Of a DNA stretch of 64,000 bases, positions 39,862 through 48,936 are shown in pieces (the first letter of the stretch is position 1; every line of letters starts with the position of its first letter). The translations under genes and the position numbers were made by a program. The stretch comes from Fibrobacterales bacterium (GTDB taxonomy: Bacteria > Fibrobacterota > Fibrobacteria > Fibrobacterales > JAOPTW01), in contig JAOPTX010000010.1 of NCBI GenBank assembly GCA_051532055.1, positions 32,001-96,000 of the forward strand. The letters are read 5' to 3'. The notes under the pieces are model-generated. The model worked only from the letters and a program-made list of their open reading frames with translations. It was not told the origin of the DNA and ran no database searches.

Positions 39862-40839
39862 TTACTTTGAACTCTTTTTTGCCCTTTCAGCCCGTTTTTC
39901 TCGTGCGGTAGCTCCGAGAATATTCAGATTTGAAAAACTGAATATTCCAACTGATTGACCCGTGCTATCAGTTAAGCCAACACCGTTATTTGTTATGGTT
40001 GCTAATGTTGTATTGAGTCCATCAATTACCAAATAGATGTCTTGGAACAGAGAGTCGTTGGTGAGGATTCCCATCTCTTCAATGGTAGTCAGGCGAGTTT
40101 GAAGGGTATCTACGGTAACTGAAACCGTGTGAATTGATTCATGGGCACTCACAATGAGCTCTTGTGATTTTTGAGAAAGTGTTGTCATTGCGACTGTTGC
40201 GGAATCAATAATTTCCATACCGATTTGGGTTAGGGTATTAGTCTGAGCAATTGTTGATAAAAGTTTTGGCTGAAGAATGTTAAACTGGGTTTGGATAGAC
40301 TCAATGAGTGTCTCAGTTTTAGAGAGCTCAGAAAATACTTTTTTAAAGAGGGGCGGGGTTTCGTTATTGCCGGAATGAAGAAGTAGGATAAAGTTGCGAA
40401 TGAGGGTAATCTGTTCATTGAGGTCAGCAAGCTTGTGCATGGTTTCAGCAATACCCTCTTCAAATTCACCTACAATACGACTCTCTGGTGTGAGATACTT
40501 GCCAGTATCACTGGGGATAATTTTTATACGGCGCTCACCCATCAGGCTAAAATTGTAGTTGATAAATTGAGTGCCCTCACGTAAAAGGAGCGGGTTATCG
40601 AAACTGATAACCACTTTGGCACTTTTGTCGAGGTAGTCAATTGAGGCGATAGATCCTATGACCATCCCTTGTTTTGTTATTGGGTCTTGTGGTCTGAGGG
40701 TGCCGACATCGTCAAAAATCAAGGTTAATTGATTAATAGTACTGCTACTTTTGGCATACATTGCAAAGGTGATCCAGCATAAAGTGGCAATAATTGCCCA
40801 AAAGGTAAGATACCCTAAATTTTTGTCAGAAATCTTCAT
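39862..40839 (-). CDS. MlaD/MCE-domain protein with long helical C-terminus
   Basis: N-terminal TM, FDDVGTLRPQDPITKQGMVIGSI, SLMGERRIKIIP, then a helical extension. Confidence 0.8.
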   Translation of the reverse strand: MKISDKNLGYLTFWAIIATLCWITFAMYAKSSSTINQLTLIFDDVGTLRPQDPITKQGMVIGSIASIDYLDKSAKVVISFDNPLLLREGTQFINYNFSLMGERRIKIIPSDTGKYLTPESRIVGEFEEGIAETMHKLADLNEQITLIRNFILLLHSGNNETPPLFKKVFSELSKTETLIESIQTQFNILQPKLLSTIAQTNTLTQIGMEIIDSATVAMTTLSQKSQELIVSAHESIHTVSVTVDTLQTRLTTIEEMGILTNDSLFQDIYLVIDGLNTTLATITNNGVGLTDSTGQSVGIFSFSNLNILGATAREKRAERAKKSSK

Positions 40840-40951
40840 AGGACTAATATAGCTAATTGTCTTTTTTTCAGTCGGTAAATATGGAGTTCAGGGTTGTGAT
40901 AATGGGTGTCCAGTCGGTGATATCATTTGAATAGTGACTATATTTAGTGCT

Positions 40952-42655
40952 ATGAAAAATGCATATGTTTCAAATAGATTAAGTCCCATTCGTCGGAATA
41001 GTATCCAAGTTACAGTGGGCAATGATAGTATTGGTGGCGGCAGCCCTGTTTTAGTGCAGTCTATGACTACAACACCAAGTAGTGACCCCAAAGCGACTGC
41101 GGCCCAAGTACTCGATCTTTGGAGGGCTGGGTGTAGTTTGGTACGTATAACTATACCAACAGTTAAAGATGCCAAAACTCTTGAAGAGACCATGCGTCTC
41201 GTCCGTGAAGCGGGATGTGAAATTCCTGTTTCAGCAGATATCCATTTTCAACCAAAAGCGGCCTATGAAGCGGTCAAGTGGGTTGAAAAAGTACGGATAA
41301 ATCCGGGTAACTTTGTCGATAAAGGCATTAAAAATTTAAGAGAGTTCAGTGAAGAAGAGTTTCAGCAGGGAAGAGTTCTTGCGAAAGACGCCCTTAAGCC
41401 GCTTCTTGATGCCGCTAAAGAGCGTGGTGTTGCCCTTCGAATTGGCGTTAATCATGGTTCCCTATCGGCACGTATGCTCAATAAATTTGGTGATACTATA
41501 GAGGGTATGGTTGAGTCTGCCTTGGAATATATCACACTCTGTGAAGAAGAAGAGTTTGATCAAATCGTTGTCTCTCTTAAGGCATCAAGTGCCAAAATAG
41601 TAGTGACTGCCTATCGTCTTCTGGTTTCACGTCTCAAAGAGGCGGGAATGAAAGAGTACCCACTGCATGTTGGTGTAACCGAAGCAGGTGAGGGGCAAGA
41701 TGGCCGTGTAAAATCATCAGTTGGCATTGGTGCTCTCCTTCTTGATGGGTTAGGTGATACAGTTCGTGTTTCACTCACAGAAAACCCAGTGAATGAAGTA
41801 CCTGTTGCTGAAACACTGGTTGAAGTGTGTCAATTAAATGGAATAGATACTGCGATTGAGTGGCAAAAAGACCCCTATCACTATCAACGCCGTGAGAGTG
41901 CAGAAATAAATGTGGGAGAGCATTCTCTTGGCGGTTCAAATCAGATTCTTGTGGGAGTTAATGCATCACTTTCTGATGAAACAGGACGTTCGCCAGAATT
42001 TTCAATTGAAGAACTTTCTTTACCAGAACAACAAATTGAAACAGTATCAGAGCTCCTTGCCCTAGAAAGTGATCAGGTTGGCTCGTCAATATGGTCATAT
42101 ATCGGAAAAGAGAATCCAGTTTCAGCCTATAGAGCTATTGCCGGATATTTAGAAAATCATAACCGTAAAGACCCGATACTGCTCCGCATGGCAACAGGGG
42201 AATCTGAGCGTGATAGGCTACTTGTCGCTGCACAATTGGGGTCTCTCCTTATTGATGGCCTTGGTGATGCAGTACTCCTCAATTTAGGAAACGACATTAA
42301 AGCATCAGTGGAGTACAGTTTTGATGTTCTCCAAGCTGCAGGAATGCGCAGAACTAAGACAGAGTTTATCTCGTGTCCAGGTTGTGGGCGGACGCTTTTT
42401 GAGCTTGAAGAGACAAACAAACGGGTTAAAGCCCGAACTTCGCACCTTAAAGATGTTGCTATTGCTGTTATGGGTTGTATAGTAAATGGCCCAGGTGAAA
42501 TGGCTGATGCTGATTTTGGGTATGTTGGAGCAGGACCGGGAAAAATCAATCTCTATGTTGGACAAGAAGTTGTTAAGAAAGGGATCGATACTGAAGGTGC
42601 TGTAGATGAACTTATTACTCTTATAAAAGATCATGGCCGGTGGGTTGAGCCGTGA
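40952..42655 (+). CDS. ispG: (E)-4-hydroxy-3-methylbut-2-enyl-diphosphate synthase, long form
   Basis: VQSMTTT, ADIHF, RINPGN, RIGVNHGSL, HVGVTEAG, GDTVRVSLT, SCPGCGRT, MGCIVNGPGE. Confidence 0.96.
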   Translation: MKNAYVSNRLSPIRRNSIQVTVGNDSIGGGSPVLVQSMTTTPSSDPKATAAQVLDLWRAGCSLVRITIPTVKDAKTLEETMRLVREAGCEIPVSADIHFQPKAAYEAVKWVEKVRINPGNFVDKGIKNLREFSEEEFQQGRVLAKDALKPLLDAAKERGVALRIGVNHGSLSARMLNKFGDTIEGMVESALEYITLCEEEEFDQIVVSLKASSAKIVVTAYRLLVSRLKEAGMKEYPLHVGVTEAGEGQDGRVKSSVGIGALLLDGLGDTVRVSLTENPVNEVPVAETLVEVCQLNGIDTAIEWQKDPYHYQRRESAEINVGEHSLGGSNQILVGVNASLSDETGRSPEFSIEELSLPEQQIETVSELLALESDQVGSSIWSYIGKENPVSAYRAIAGYLENHNRKDPILLRMATGESERDRLLVAAQLGSLLIDGLGDAVLLNLGNDIKASVEYSFDVLQAAGMRRTKTEFISCPGCGRTLFELEETNKRVKARTSHLKDVAIAVMGCIVNGPGEMADADFGYVGAGPGKINLYVGQEVVKKGIDTEGAVDELITLIKDHGRWVEP

Positions 42656-43005
42656 GTGATGCTGTTGACAAACCAGTTGACCTGAAGCCCATACAAGAGA
42701 ATGTTCAAACGTGGATAGATCAGGTTGGGGTGCGGTACTTTAGTGAACTTACTAATATGACTATTCTTACTGAAGAAGTGGGTGAACTTGCTCGCCTTAT
42801 GGCACGTACCTATGGTGATCAAAGCTTTAAAAAATCAGATCTTGGCAAAAATATTGGCGATGAAATATCGGATATTCTTTTTGTGTTAACCTGTATTGCT
42901 AATCAAACAGGAGTTGACCTCTCAGATGCTTGGCAAAAGGGTATGGATAAGCGGTACTCGCGTGATAAAGATCGGCATAAAAATAATGAAAAGCTGCAAT
43001 CTTAA
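42652..43005 (+). CDS. MazG-like nucleotide pyrophosphohydrolase (YpjD-like)
   Basis: YFSELTN...LTEEVGELAR...DEISDILFVL.CIANQ...RDKDRH. Confidence 0.88.
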   Translation: MSDAVDKPVDLKPIQENVQTWIDQVGVRYFSELTNMTILTEEVGELARLMARTYGDQSFKKSDLGKNIGDEISDILFVLTCIANQTGVDLSDAWQKGMDKRYSRDKDRHKNNEKLQS

Positions 43006-43147
43006 GACGTCTCTAAAAAATATTTCAATTACATTCAATTTTTATGGTTTATTATTCTCTCGGTGTGAGAATGATCTTTTTATGGGATACGTTACATAAA
43101 AAGGTTTTGCTTCGTTTAATAGGGGCACACATTTATAAGGAGAATAG

Positions 43148-44017
43148 ATGTATTACATACTATTCTGCATTTTTACAATAACCCTTTTGTCGGGTTGTAT
43201 GCCAAACCCAAAGAGACAAATTGATTTATTAAAAAGTTATAGACCTCAAAAAAAAGCCCATACATACGATGCACAACTTAATGAGGGAGAGTATATTAAT
43301 TTATCAGGGGCGATAGTTCTCTCACCACGAGATCGCTATATAGGTACTACACGTACTAAAAGTGATGGAGATATAGAGGTTCAGCCAGGAGAGCCAGATA
43401 ATATGACCATGTACTTGAGCAAAAGTACTGGAGTTGTCGCTCTTAGAATGGGGAGGTCATCGAGTAATAATTTTCAGACTGATACAACACTGGGCTTTTT
43501 TGGAGAAGCTGGCTTCTCCACATTTGGGAATTATTTGTCGGTAGGGGTTGAAGGGGCAAGGCTCGGCCCTCAATGGGGCTACTCATATTTTATTGATATC
43601 AGTAGGTTCAATTTTTATAGGCAGGTGAAAGGACGAAATATCAGCTATTATGAGTATGATGATGGTATTGATATAAACTATCGTTCAAGTACATCTGACA
43701 TCTCAAAGAAAGGATATGTCTATGCCTACCAAATGGATATGGGTATTGGTGCTTCATATCGTCCATTGGGCCCTGGGTCAACATGGCTTATAACACTTGG
43801 GGGAGAATACTCTCATCATTTTGACTCGGATTATGGTGATGATCATCGGTCGGTTCTTGCGACGTTACAAAATCATGTAGTCCTGAGTTCACTCTTTACG
43901 ATTGGTGCAAATGTATCATATAACACCTTGCTGGAGCCCGGTTGTTTTTCAAAGGGATACGTTCTTTTTGATGCAGGGGTCTCAATTAATGTACTCCATC
44001 TATGGAGCATGATCTAA
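43148..44017 (+). CDS. Hypothetical lipoprotein, beta-strand-rich
   Basis: AAGGAG RBS, lipobox LSGC and an aromatic/Gly-rich strand pattern. Confidence 0.5.
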   Translation: MYYILFCIFTITLLSGCMPNPKRQIDLLKSYRPQKKAHTYDAQLNEGEYINLSGAIVLSPRDRYIGTTRTKSDGDIEVQPGEPDNMTMYLSKSTGVVALRMGRSSSNNFQTDTTLGFFGEAGFSTFGNYLSVGVEGARLGPQWGYSYFIDISRFNFYRQVKGRNISYYEYDDGIDINYRSSTSDISKKGYVYAYQMDMGIGASYRPLGPGSTWLITLGGEYSHHFDSDYGDDHRSVLATLQNHVVLSSLFTIGANVSYNTLLEPGCFSKGYVLFDAGVSINVLHLWSMI

Positions 44018-44084
44018 TGGATAAGCTTCATAGATGGATGGGTATATTGGGTTGATTAAAAAGAGAATTGTTTAGTAAATAAAA

Positions 44085-44804
44085 CTAGGGTAATTCGCCT
44101 ACATATTTCTTCTGAATTGCCATAAGTTCGCCACACCCTTTCTCTGCAAGGTCGAGGAGCAGGCTGAGTTCTGCGCGTGTAAAGGTAGACTCTTCACCAG
44201 TTCCTTGTACTTCAATAAGGTCGGTACCATCGGCAAAAACAACATTCATATCTACTTCGGCTTTTGAGTCTTCTGGGTAGTTGAGGTCGAGAATAGGGGT
44301 CCCATCAAGAATACCAACAGAGACAGCAGTGACCCACTTTTTCAAAATTTGTTTTTCGATACCTTCTTCAGATTTAATGATTTTGATCGCTTGAGCAAGA
44401 GCCATAAAGGCTGCAACGATAGAGGCTGTCCGTGTTCCACCATCAGCTTCGAGAACATCGCAGTCAATGATAATAGAGTGCTCACCAAGAGCTTCCAAGT
44501 CGGTAATGGCTCTGAGAGAGCGGCCAATCAAGCGTTGAATCTCTTGAGTTCTACCAGATACTGATTTGCGTTCACGTTGCACCCGGCTATCAGTCGACCT
44601 TGGGAGAAGACTATACTCGGCAGTCACCCATCCTTTGCCTTTTCCTTCGAGCCATCGTGGTACTTTTGATTCAATAGAGGCGTTACAGAGCACACGAGTT
44701 CGCCCCACTTCTATTAGATAGGATCCCTCGGCACAGGATACAAAGTTCTCGATAATGTTTATGTTTCTGAGTTGGTCGTTGGTGCGGTTATCAATACGGG
44801 TCAT
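44085..44804 (-). CDS. rph: Ribonuclease PH
   Basis: GWVTAEYSLLPRST, SGRTQEIQRLIGRSLRA, DCDVLEADGGTRTASI, EVQGTGE. Confidence 0.97.
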   Translation of the reverse strand: MTRIDNRTNDQLRNINIIENFVSCAEGSYLIEVGRTRVLCNASIESKVPRWLEGKGKGWVTAEYSLLPRSTDSRVQRERKSVSGRTQEIQRLIGRSLRAITDLEALGEHSIIIDCDVLEADGGTRTASIVAAFMALAQAIKIIKSEEGIEKQILKKWVTAVSVGILDGTPILDLNYPEDSKAEVDMNVVFADGTDLIEVQGTGEESTFTRAELSLLLDLAEKGCGELMAIQKKYVGELP

Positions 44805-45662
44805 CTATTCCTCAATCAATTGTTTAAATTCACCTGTGGGGTATGAACCCAAAATATGAACCTCTTCTGCAAGAGTTTTAAGTTGTTCTATGGCCTGACG
44901 TACAGGCTGTTGGGTAGTATCGCCTTTAAGGTCCAAATGAAATATGTATTCAAAAGGGTTACCTGGTTTAGGGCGTGATTCGATTTTAACTAAATCGACG
45001 TCGTTGTCTGCAAAGAGTCCGAGCACTTCATGAAGGAGGCCTGGGTGATCCTCTTTTGGGGTATAGACAATGGTGGTTTTGGTTTCAGATATATCTGTAA
45101 GGTCAATAGCTTCGCGTTGAATACCGACAAATCGGGTGTAGTTGGTATCACTTTGATTCTCTACATTGCGCTTCAATATTTCAAGGCCATATTTTTTAGC
45201 TGCGAGACCACTAGCGATAGCACCGAGGGTTAGGTCGTGTTCTTTGGCAATCATTTCGGCACTTCCCGCAGTGTCAAATGTTGCTTTTGCTGCAATGTGA
45301 GGATGCTCAATAAAGAGAGAGCTACACTGGCCGATAGCTTGTTCGTGTGAGAGAACCTGACGGAGGGAGTCAATTGTTGCTCCTGCGTGCGCCATAAGGG
45401 TGTGCTCTATACGGAGCTTTACTTCTCCGACAATGGGGATTTTATAATGAAGCAGATGGGTATAGTTCTGATACACTGACCCCGTAGTAGTGTTCTCAAT
45501 AGGAATGACGCCATAATCAGCTTTGCCATCTCGAACAGCCTCATAAATTTCTTCAAAAAAATTACAGGGAACAATATCTATATCTCTTCCACAAAGGTGG
45601 TAACAGGCACTTTCACTATATGCGCCAGGTCGCCCTTGAAATGCTACGCGTCGTTTACTCAA
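44805..45662 (-). CDS. pheA: Prephenate dehydratase (monofunctional, with ACT domain)
   Basis: AFQGRPGAYSE, PIENTTTGSV, SHEQAIGQC, NYTRF, LVKIESRP, LGSYP. Confidence 0.92.
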   Translation of the reverse strand: MSKRRVAFQGRPGAYSESACYHLCGRDIDIVPCNFFEEIYEAVRDGKADYGVIPIENTTTGSVYQNYTHLLHYKIPIVGEVKLRIEHTLMAHAGATIDSLRQVLSHEQAIGQCSSLFIEHPHIAAKATFDTAGSAEMIAKEHDLTLGAIASGLAAKKYGLEILKRNVENQSDTNYTRFVGIQREAIDLTDISETKTTIVYTPKEDHPGLLHEVLGLFADNDVDLVKIESRPKPGNPFEYIFHLDLKGDTTQQPVRQAIEQLKTLAEEVHILGSYPTGEFKQLIEE

Positions 45663-46234
45663 TATCTTCGTGCTCCCTTGTATTTTGGTGCCCAGTAGGT
45701 ACTAGTCATCTTTGTGTAGATTACCCCTCGCGAGGATGAGGCGTGTGCAAATGTGCCATTACCCATATAGATGGCACTGTGATTTACCCCAATCCAGTTG
45801 CCAAAAAAGATCACATCACCTTTCTTTAGGTCAGATTTAGCAATTTTCTTTCCCATTTTAAACGTTTGACGAGTGCTATGGGGAAGGTTTATGCCTCGAT
45901 ACTTTCTAAAAACATGCATGACAAAGGCTGAACAGTCAATACCTCGTTTTGACTCCCCTCCAAAAAGATAGGGGGTGCCGAGCCATGGTTTGATAATTGT
46001 TTCAAGAGCTCCGCTGTGTTTTGCCCTCTTTGTATGATATCTCTTTTTGGTCTGAGTTGTTTTACCCTTAACAGACTTGCTGTCCTTGTTCCCGTTATAA
46101 TTGGGTTTTGGGTAGGCTGCAATTGATCGGTCATATCCGCGACGCTTATGAAAAGAGCATCCAACTATTGTACTGAGTGACAGAGTCACCCAGACAATAA
46201 GAATAATCTTGAAAATTGGCGGTTGAGCAGTCAT
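45659..46234 (-). CDS. NlpC/P60 peptidoglycan endopeptidase lipoprotein
   Basis: Lipobox IVGC, WLGTPYLFGG...IDCSAF, HSAIY, FAHASSSRGV. Confidence 0.92.
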   Translation of the reverse strand: MTAQPPIFKIILIVWVTLSLSTIVGCSFHKRRGYDRSIAAYPKPNYNGNKDSKSVKGKTTQTKKRYHTKRAKHSGALETIIKPWLGTPYLFGGESKRGIDCSAFVMHVFRKYRGINLPHSTRQTFKMGKKIAKSDLKKGDVIFFGNWIGVNHSAIYMGNGTFAHASSSRGVIYTKMTSTYWAPKYKGARRY

Positions 46235-46294
46235 TGTTGGTGCAGTGCCTGTATGGCTTAAGGGTATACTAGAAGTATAACTAATCCTGCGCTA

Positions 46295-47713
46295 TTAGGC
46301 AAAATTACGTTCAACTCCAGCTGCAATTTGTAAAAGCTCTGATTCTCCAAATGCTTTCCCAAAGAGTTGGAGCCCCAATTTGTGATTATCAACAGTACTA
46401 CACGGGACGCTTATACCAGGGAGCCCTGCAAGATTGAGGCTCACGGTATAAATATCACTGAGATACATAGCCATTGGGTCAGTGAGAGATTCACCTAATT
46501 TGAGAGGGTTACTGGGCATAGTAGGTGCTGCAATAATATCACATGCTTCAAAAGCTTTTTTAAAGTCGTTCGTTATTACACGACGAACCTTTTGTGCTTT
46601 AATGTAGTAGGCGTCAAAAAATCCAGAGCTCAATACGTATGATCCTAGGAGAATACGACGCTTAACTTCATCACCAAATCCTTCTGCGCGAGTATTGCAA
46701 TACATCTCTTCGAGAGTTCCAGTTTTGTCGGTACGGTGCGAAAATCGTACACCATCGTATCGTGAAAGGTTAGATGATGCTTCTGCGGTTGCGATGATGT
46801 AGTATGATGAAACTGCATGCTTAAGATTGGGAAGGTGCACTTCTTTGAGTTCTGCCCCTTCGCTCTTTAGCCTTTCAAGGCTTTCAAGAATTTTCTCTTT
46901 ATGGGTGGGGTCGAGTCCTTCACCAAAATATTCTGCAGGTATACCAATAGTTTTGCCAGCCAGGTCTTGGCCAATGAGGGAACTAAAGTCTTCTACGGGT
47001 GCGTTTGATGACGTTGTATCGTTTTTATCAATACCAGAAATTACATTAAGAACAGATGCTGTATCTTTAACTGTTGTTGCAAGAGGGCCAATTTGGTCAA
47101 GTGATGATGCGTATGATACTAACCCGTATCGAGAAACTCGGCCGTAAGTCGGTTTCATTCCGACAATACCGCAACAAGCTGCTGGTTGACGAATAGACCC
47201 ACCAGTATCTGAGCCAAGAGAAATTGCGACTGAACCAGAGGCAACAGCTGCTGCAGATCCCCCAGACGAACCACCAGGAATAACTTCTGGATTTGTTGGA
47301 TTTACCGTTGTTCCATAAAAGCTTGTTTCAGAAGATGAACCCATGGCGAATTCATCCATGTTTGTCTTGCCAATAATTATCGCACCTGCCGCTTTCAGTT
47401 TTTCAACAACCGTCGCATTGTAGGGGGACTCAAAATTTTCAAGAATTTTGGAGCCACAGGTTGTTTTGGTACCAGTAGTACAGATGTTGTCTTTGATTGC
47501 AATGGGGATGCCAGCTAGAGGGCCAGTGAGTTCGCCATTTTTAATTTTAACATCAATTTCTTGAGCAGCAACAAGTGCATTCTCATTTAATACAGAGATA
47601 TAGGCATTTTGTTCTTTCGTAGCTGCTATTGTGCTGAGAGACTCTTGTACCAGTTTTTCAGAAGTAGTTGTTCCATCAGTAAGGTCTGAACGTAATTGTT
47701 CAAGATTTTTCAT
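46295..47713 (-). CDS. gatA: Asp/Glu-tRNA amidotransferase subunit A
   Basis: IAIKDNI, GKTNMDEFAMGSS, PGGSSGGSAA, GSDTGGSIRQPA, SSNLSRYDG, EVKRRILLG. Confidence 0.96.
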   Translation of the reverse strand: MKNLEQLRSDLTDGTTTSEKLVQESLSTIAATKEQNAYISVLNENALVAAQEIDVKIKNGELTGPLAGIPIAIKDNICTTGTKTTCGSKILENFESPYNATVVEKLKAAGAIIIGKTNMDEFAMGSSSETSFYGTTVNPTNPEVIPGGSSGGSAAAVASGSVAISLGSDTGGSIRQPAACCGIVGMKPTYGRVSRYGLVSYASSLDQIGPLATTVKDTASVLNVISGIDKNDTTSSNAPVEDFSSLIGQDLAGKTIGIPAEYFGEGLDPTHKEKILESLERLKSEGAELKEVHLPNLKHAVSSYYIIATAEASSNLSRYDGVRFSHRTDKTGTLEEMYCNTRAEGFGDEVKRRILLGSYVLSSGFFDAYYIKAQKVRRVITNDFKKAFEACDIIAAPTMPSNPLKLGESLTDPMAMYLSDIYTVSLNLAGLPGISVPCSTVDNHKLGLQLFGKAFGESELLQIAAGVERNFA

Positions 47714-47726
47714 CAGTAATCCTTGA

Positions 47727-48041
47727 TTAGGTGTGTCGGCCAGACCACTTCATCACATGAAGACTGAACCAAACACCGAGTATACTTACGACGTTAAATT
47801 TAAAAGCCACCCCAAGACGTAGTTTAATCATATAGAGATCAATCACCCCGCCATTGTTTATTCCAAGGTCGAGTTCTAGCGCCTTAACAAAGAGATTGCG
47901 AACAGGGTTATCAACACCTGCACCGGTTGCAACACCGATCTGCTCTAATACCAGACCTAGGCTCTCGCCCAGAATCCCACCAATTACCAAACCAAGTAGA
48001 ATGAAAATAACTAAGCGAGTATTACTATGTGCTGGATTCAT
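47727..48041 (-). CDS. Small membrane protein (DUF4321-like)
   Basis: LGLVIGGILGE TM, then IDLYMIKLRLGVAFKFNVVSILG. Confidence 0.6.
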   Translation of the reverse strand: MNPAHSNTRLVIFILLGLVIGGILGESLGLVLEQIGVATGAGVDNPVRNLFVKALELDLGINNGGVIDLYMIKLRLGVAFKFNVVSILGVWFSLHVMKWSGRHT

Positions 48042-48156
48042 ATATCCTCTTTGGGAGAAAATTTAACGTATTTTCCACTATAATATAAAAATCCCCCCAA
48101 ATTAATGTGAGGTTTTGACTTTTGAAGAGAGAAATCTCTGCTAAAAGGGGCCAGTA

Positions 48157-48891
48157 CTAATAGTCTTTATATTGGACGGTGGTGAGATTAAGGCCATTTG
48201 GCTTGGCCCATATTCGTTCACCCTTGAATTCATTTTTAAATAGCGCTAAAACTGAACCTGGCGGATGGTGGCCACGGCCTACGTCGATGAGAATTCCCAC
48301 CATGGATCGTACCATTTTGTGAAGAAATCGGTTACCTTGAATATGGAGTTCAAAGCCGCTATCTTGTTCTTTAAGAGTAAAGAGGGAGAGTGTGCAGTCA
48401 GTAGGCTTGCCGTCATCACGGGGGATACAGAAATTAATGAAATCATGAGTGCCTAAGAAATACTTCATTTCTGAACGAATAAGGTCAAGATTGAGCTTAA
48501 ATGAGGTGCAGTCCCAGCCATAGCGCCTTTGAATGGCTCGAGGTCGTGTATAGACCGTATAAATATAATAGCGATATTCAGCATCATACCGAGGGGAAAA
48601 GTCGCTGTGACAGAGTTCGAGGTCTCGTATTGCAATAGTTTCTGGTGTGAGGGCATTAATTGATCGAGTGAGTGCATAGGAATCGAGATATGCCTCCCAG
48701 TCGAAACTAGCAACTTGGCCACTTGAATGAACACCCGCATCAGTTCGTCCAGAGCCACTCACTTTTATTTTTTTTCGGAGTGCGACTTCAAAAGCCTTTT
48801 CAAGCTCTTCTTGTACGGTGCTTGCATTATCCTGAATTTGCCATCCATGAAAATCAGTACCGTCATATTCTACTTTAAAGCGATATTTCAT
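48157..48891 (-). CDS. truA: tRNA pseudouridine(38-40) synthase
   Basis: EYDGTDFHGWQ.Q, SGRTDAGVH, GTHDF, FLHKMVRSMVG. Confidence 0.96.
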   Translation of the reverse strand: MKYRFKVEYDGTDFHGWQIQDNASTVQEELEKAFEVALRKKIKVSGSGRTDAGVHSSGQVASFDWEAYLDSYALTRSINALTPETIAIRDLELCHSDFSPRYDAEYRYYIYTVYTRPRAIQRRYGWDCTSFKLNLDLIRSEMKYFLGTHDFINFCIPRDDGKPTDCTLSLFTLKEQDSGFELHIQGNRFLHKMVRSMVGILIDVGRGHHPPGSVLALFKNEFKGERIWAKPNGLNLTTVQYKDY

Positions 48892-48936
48892 GTAATGAAA
48901 GGTAGTAAAAAAGTGGGCATTACCATCAACCCATTT

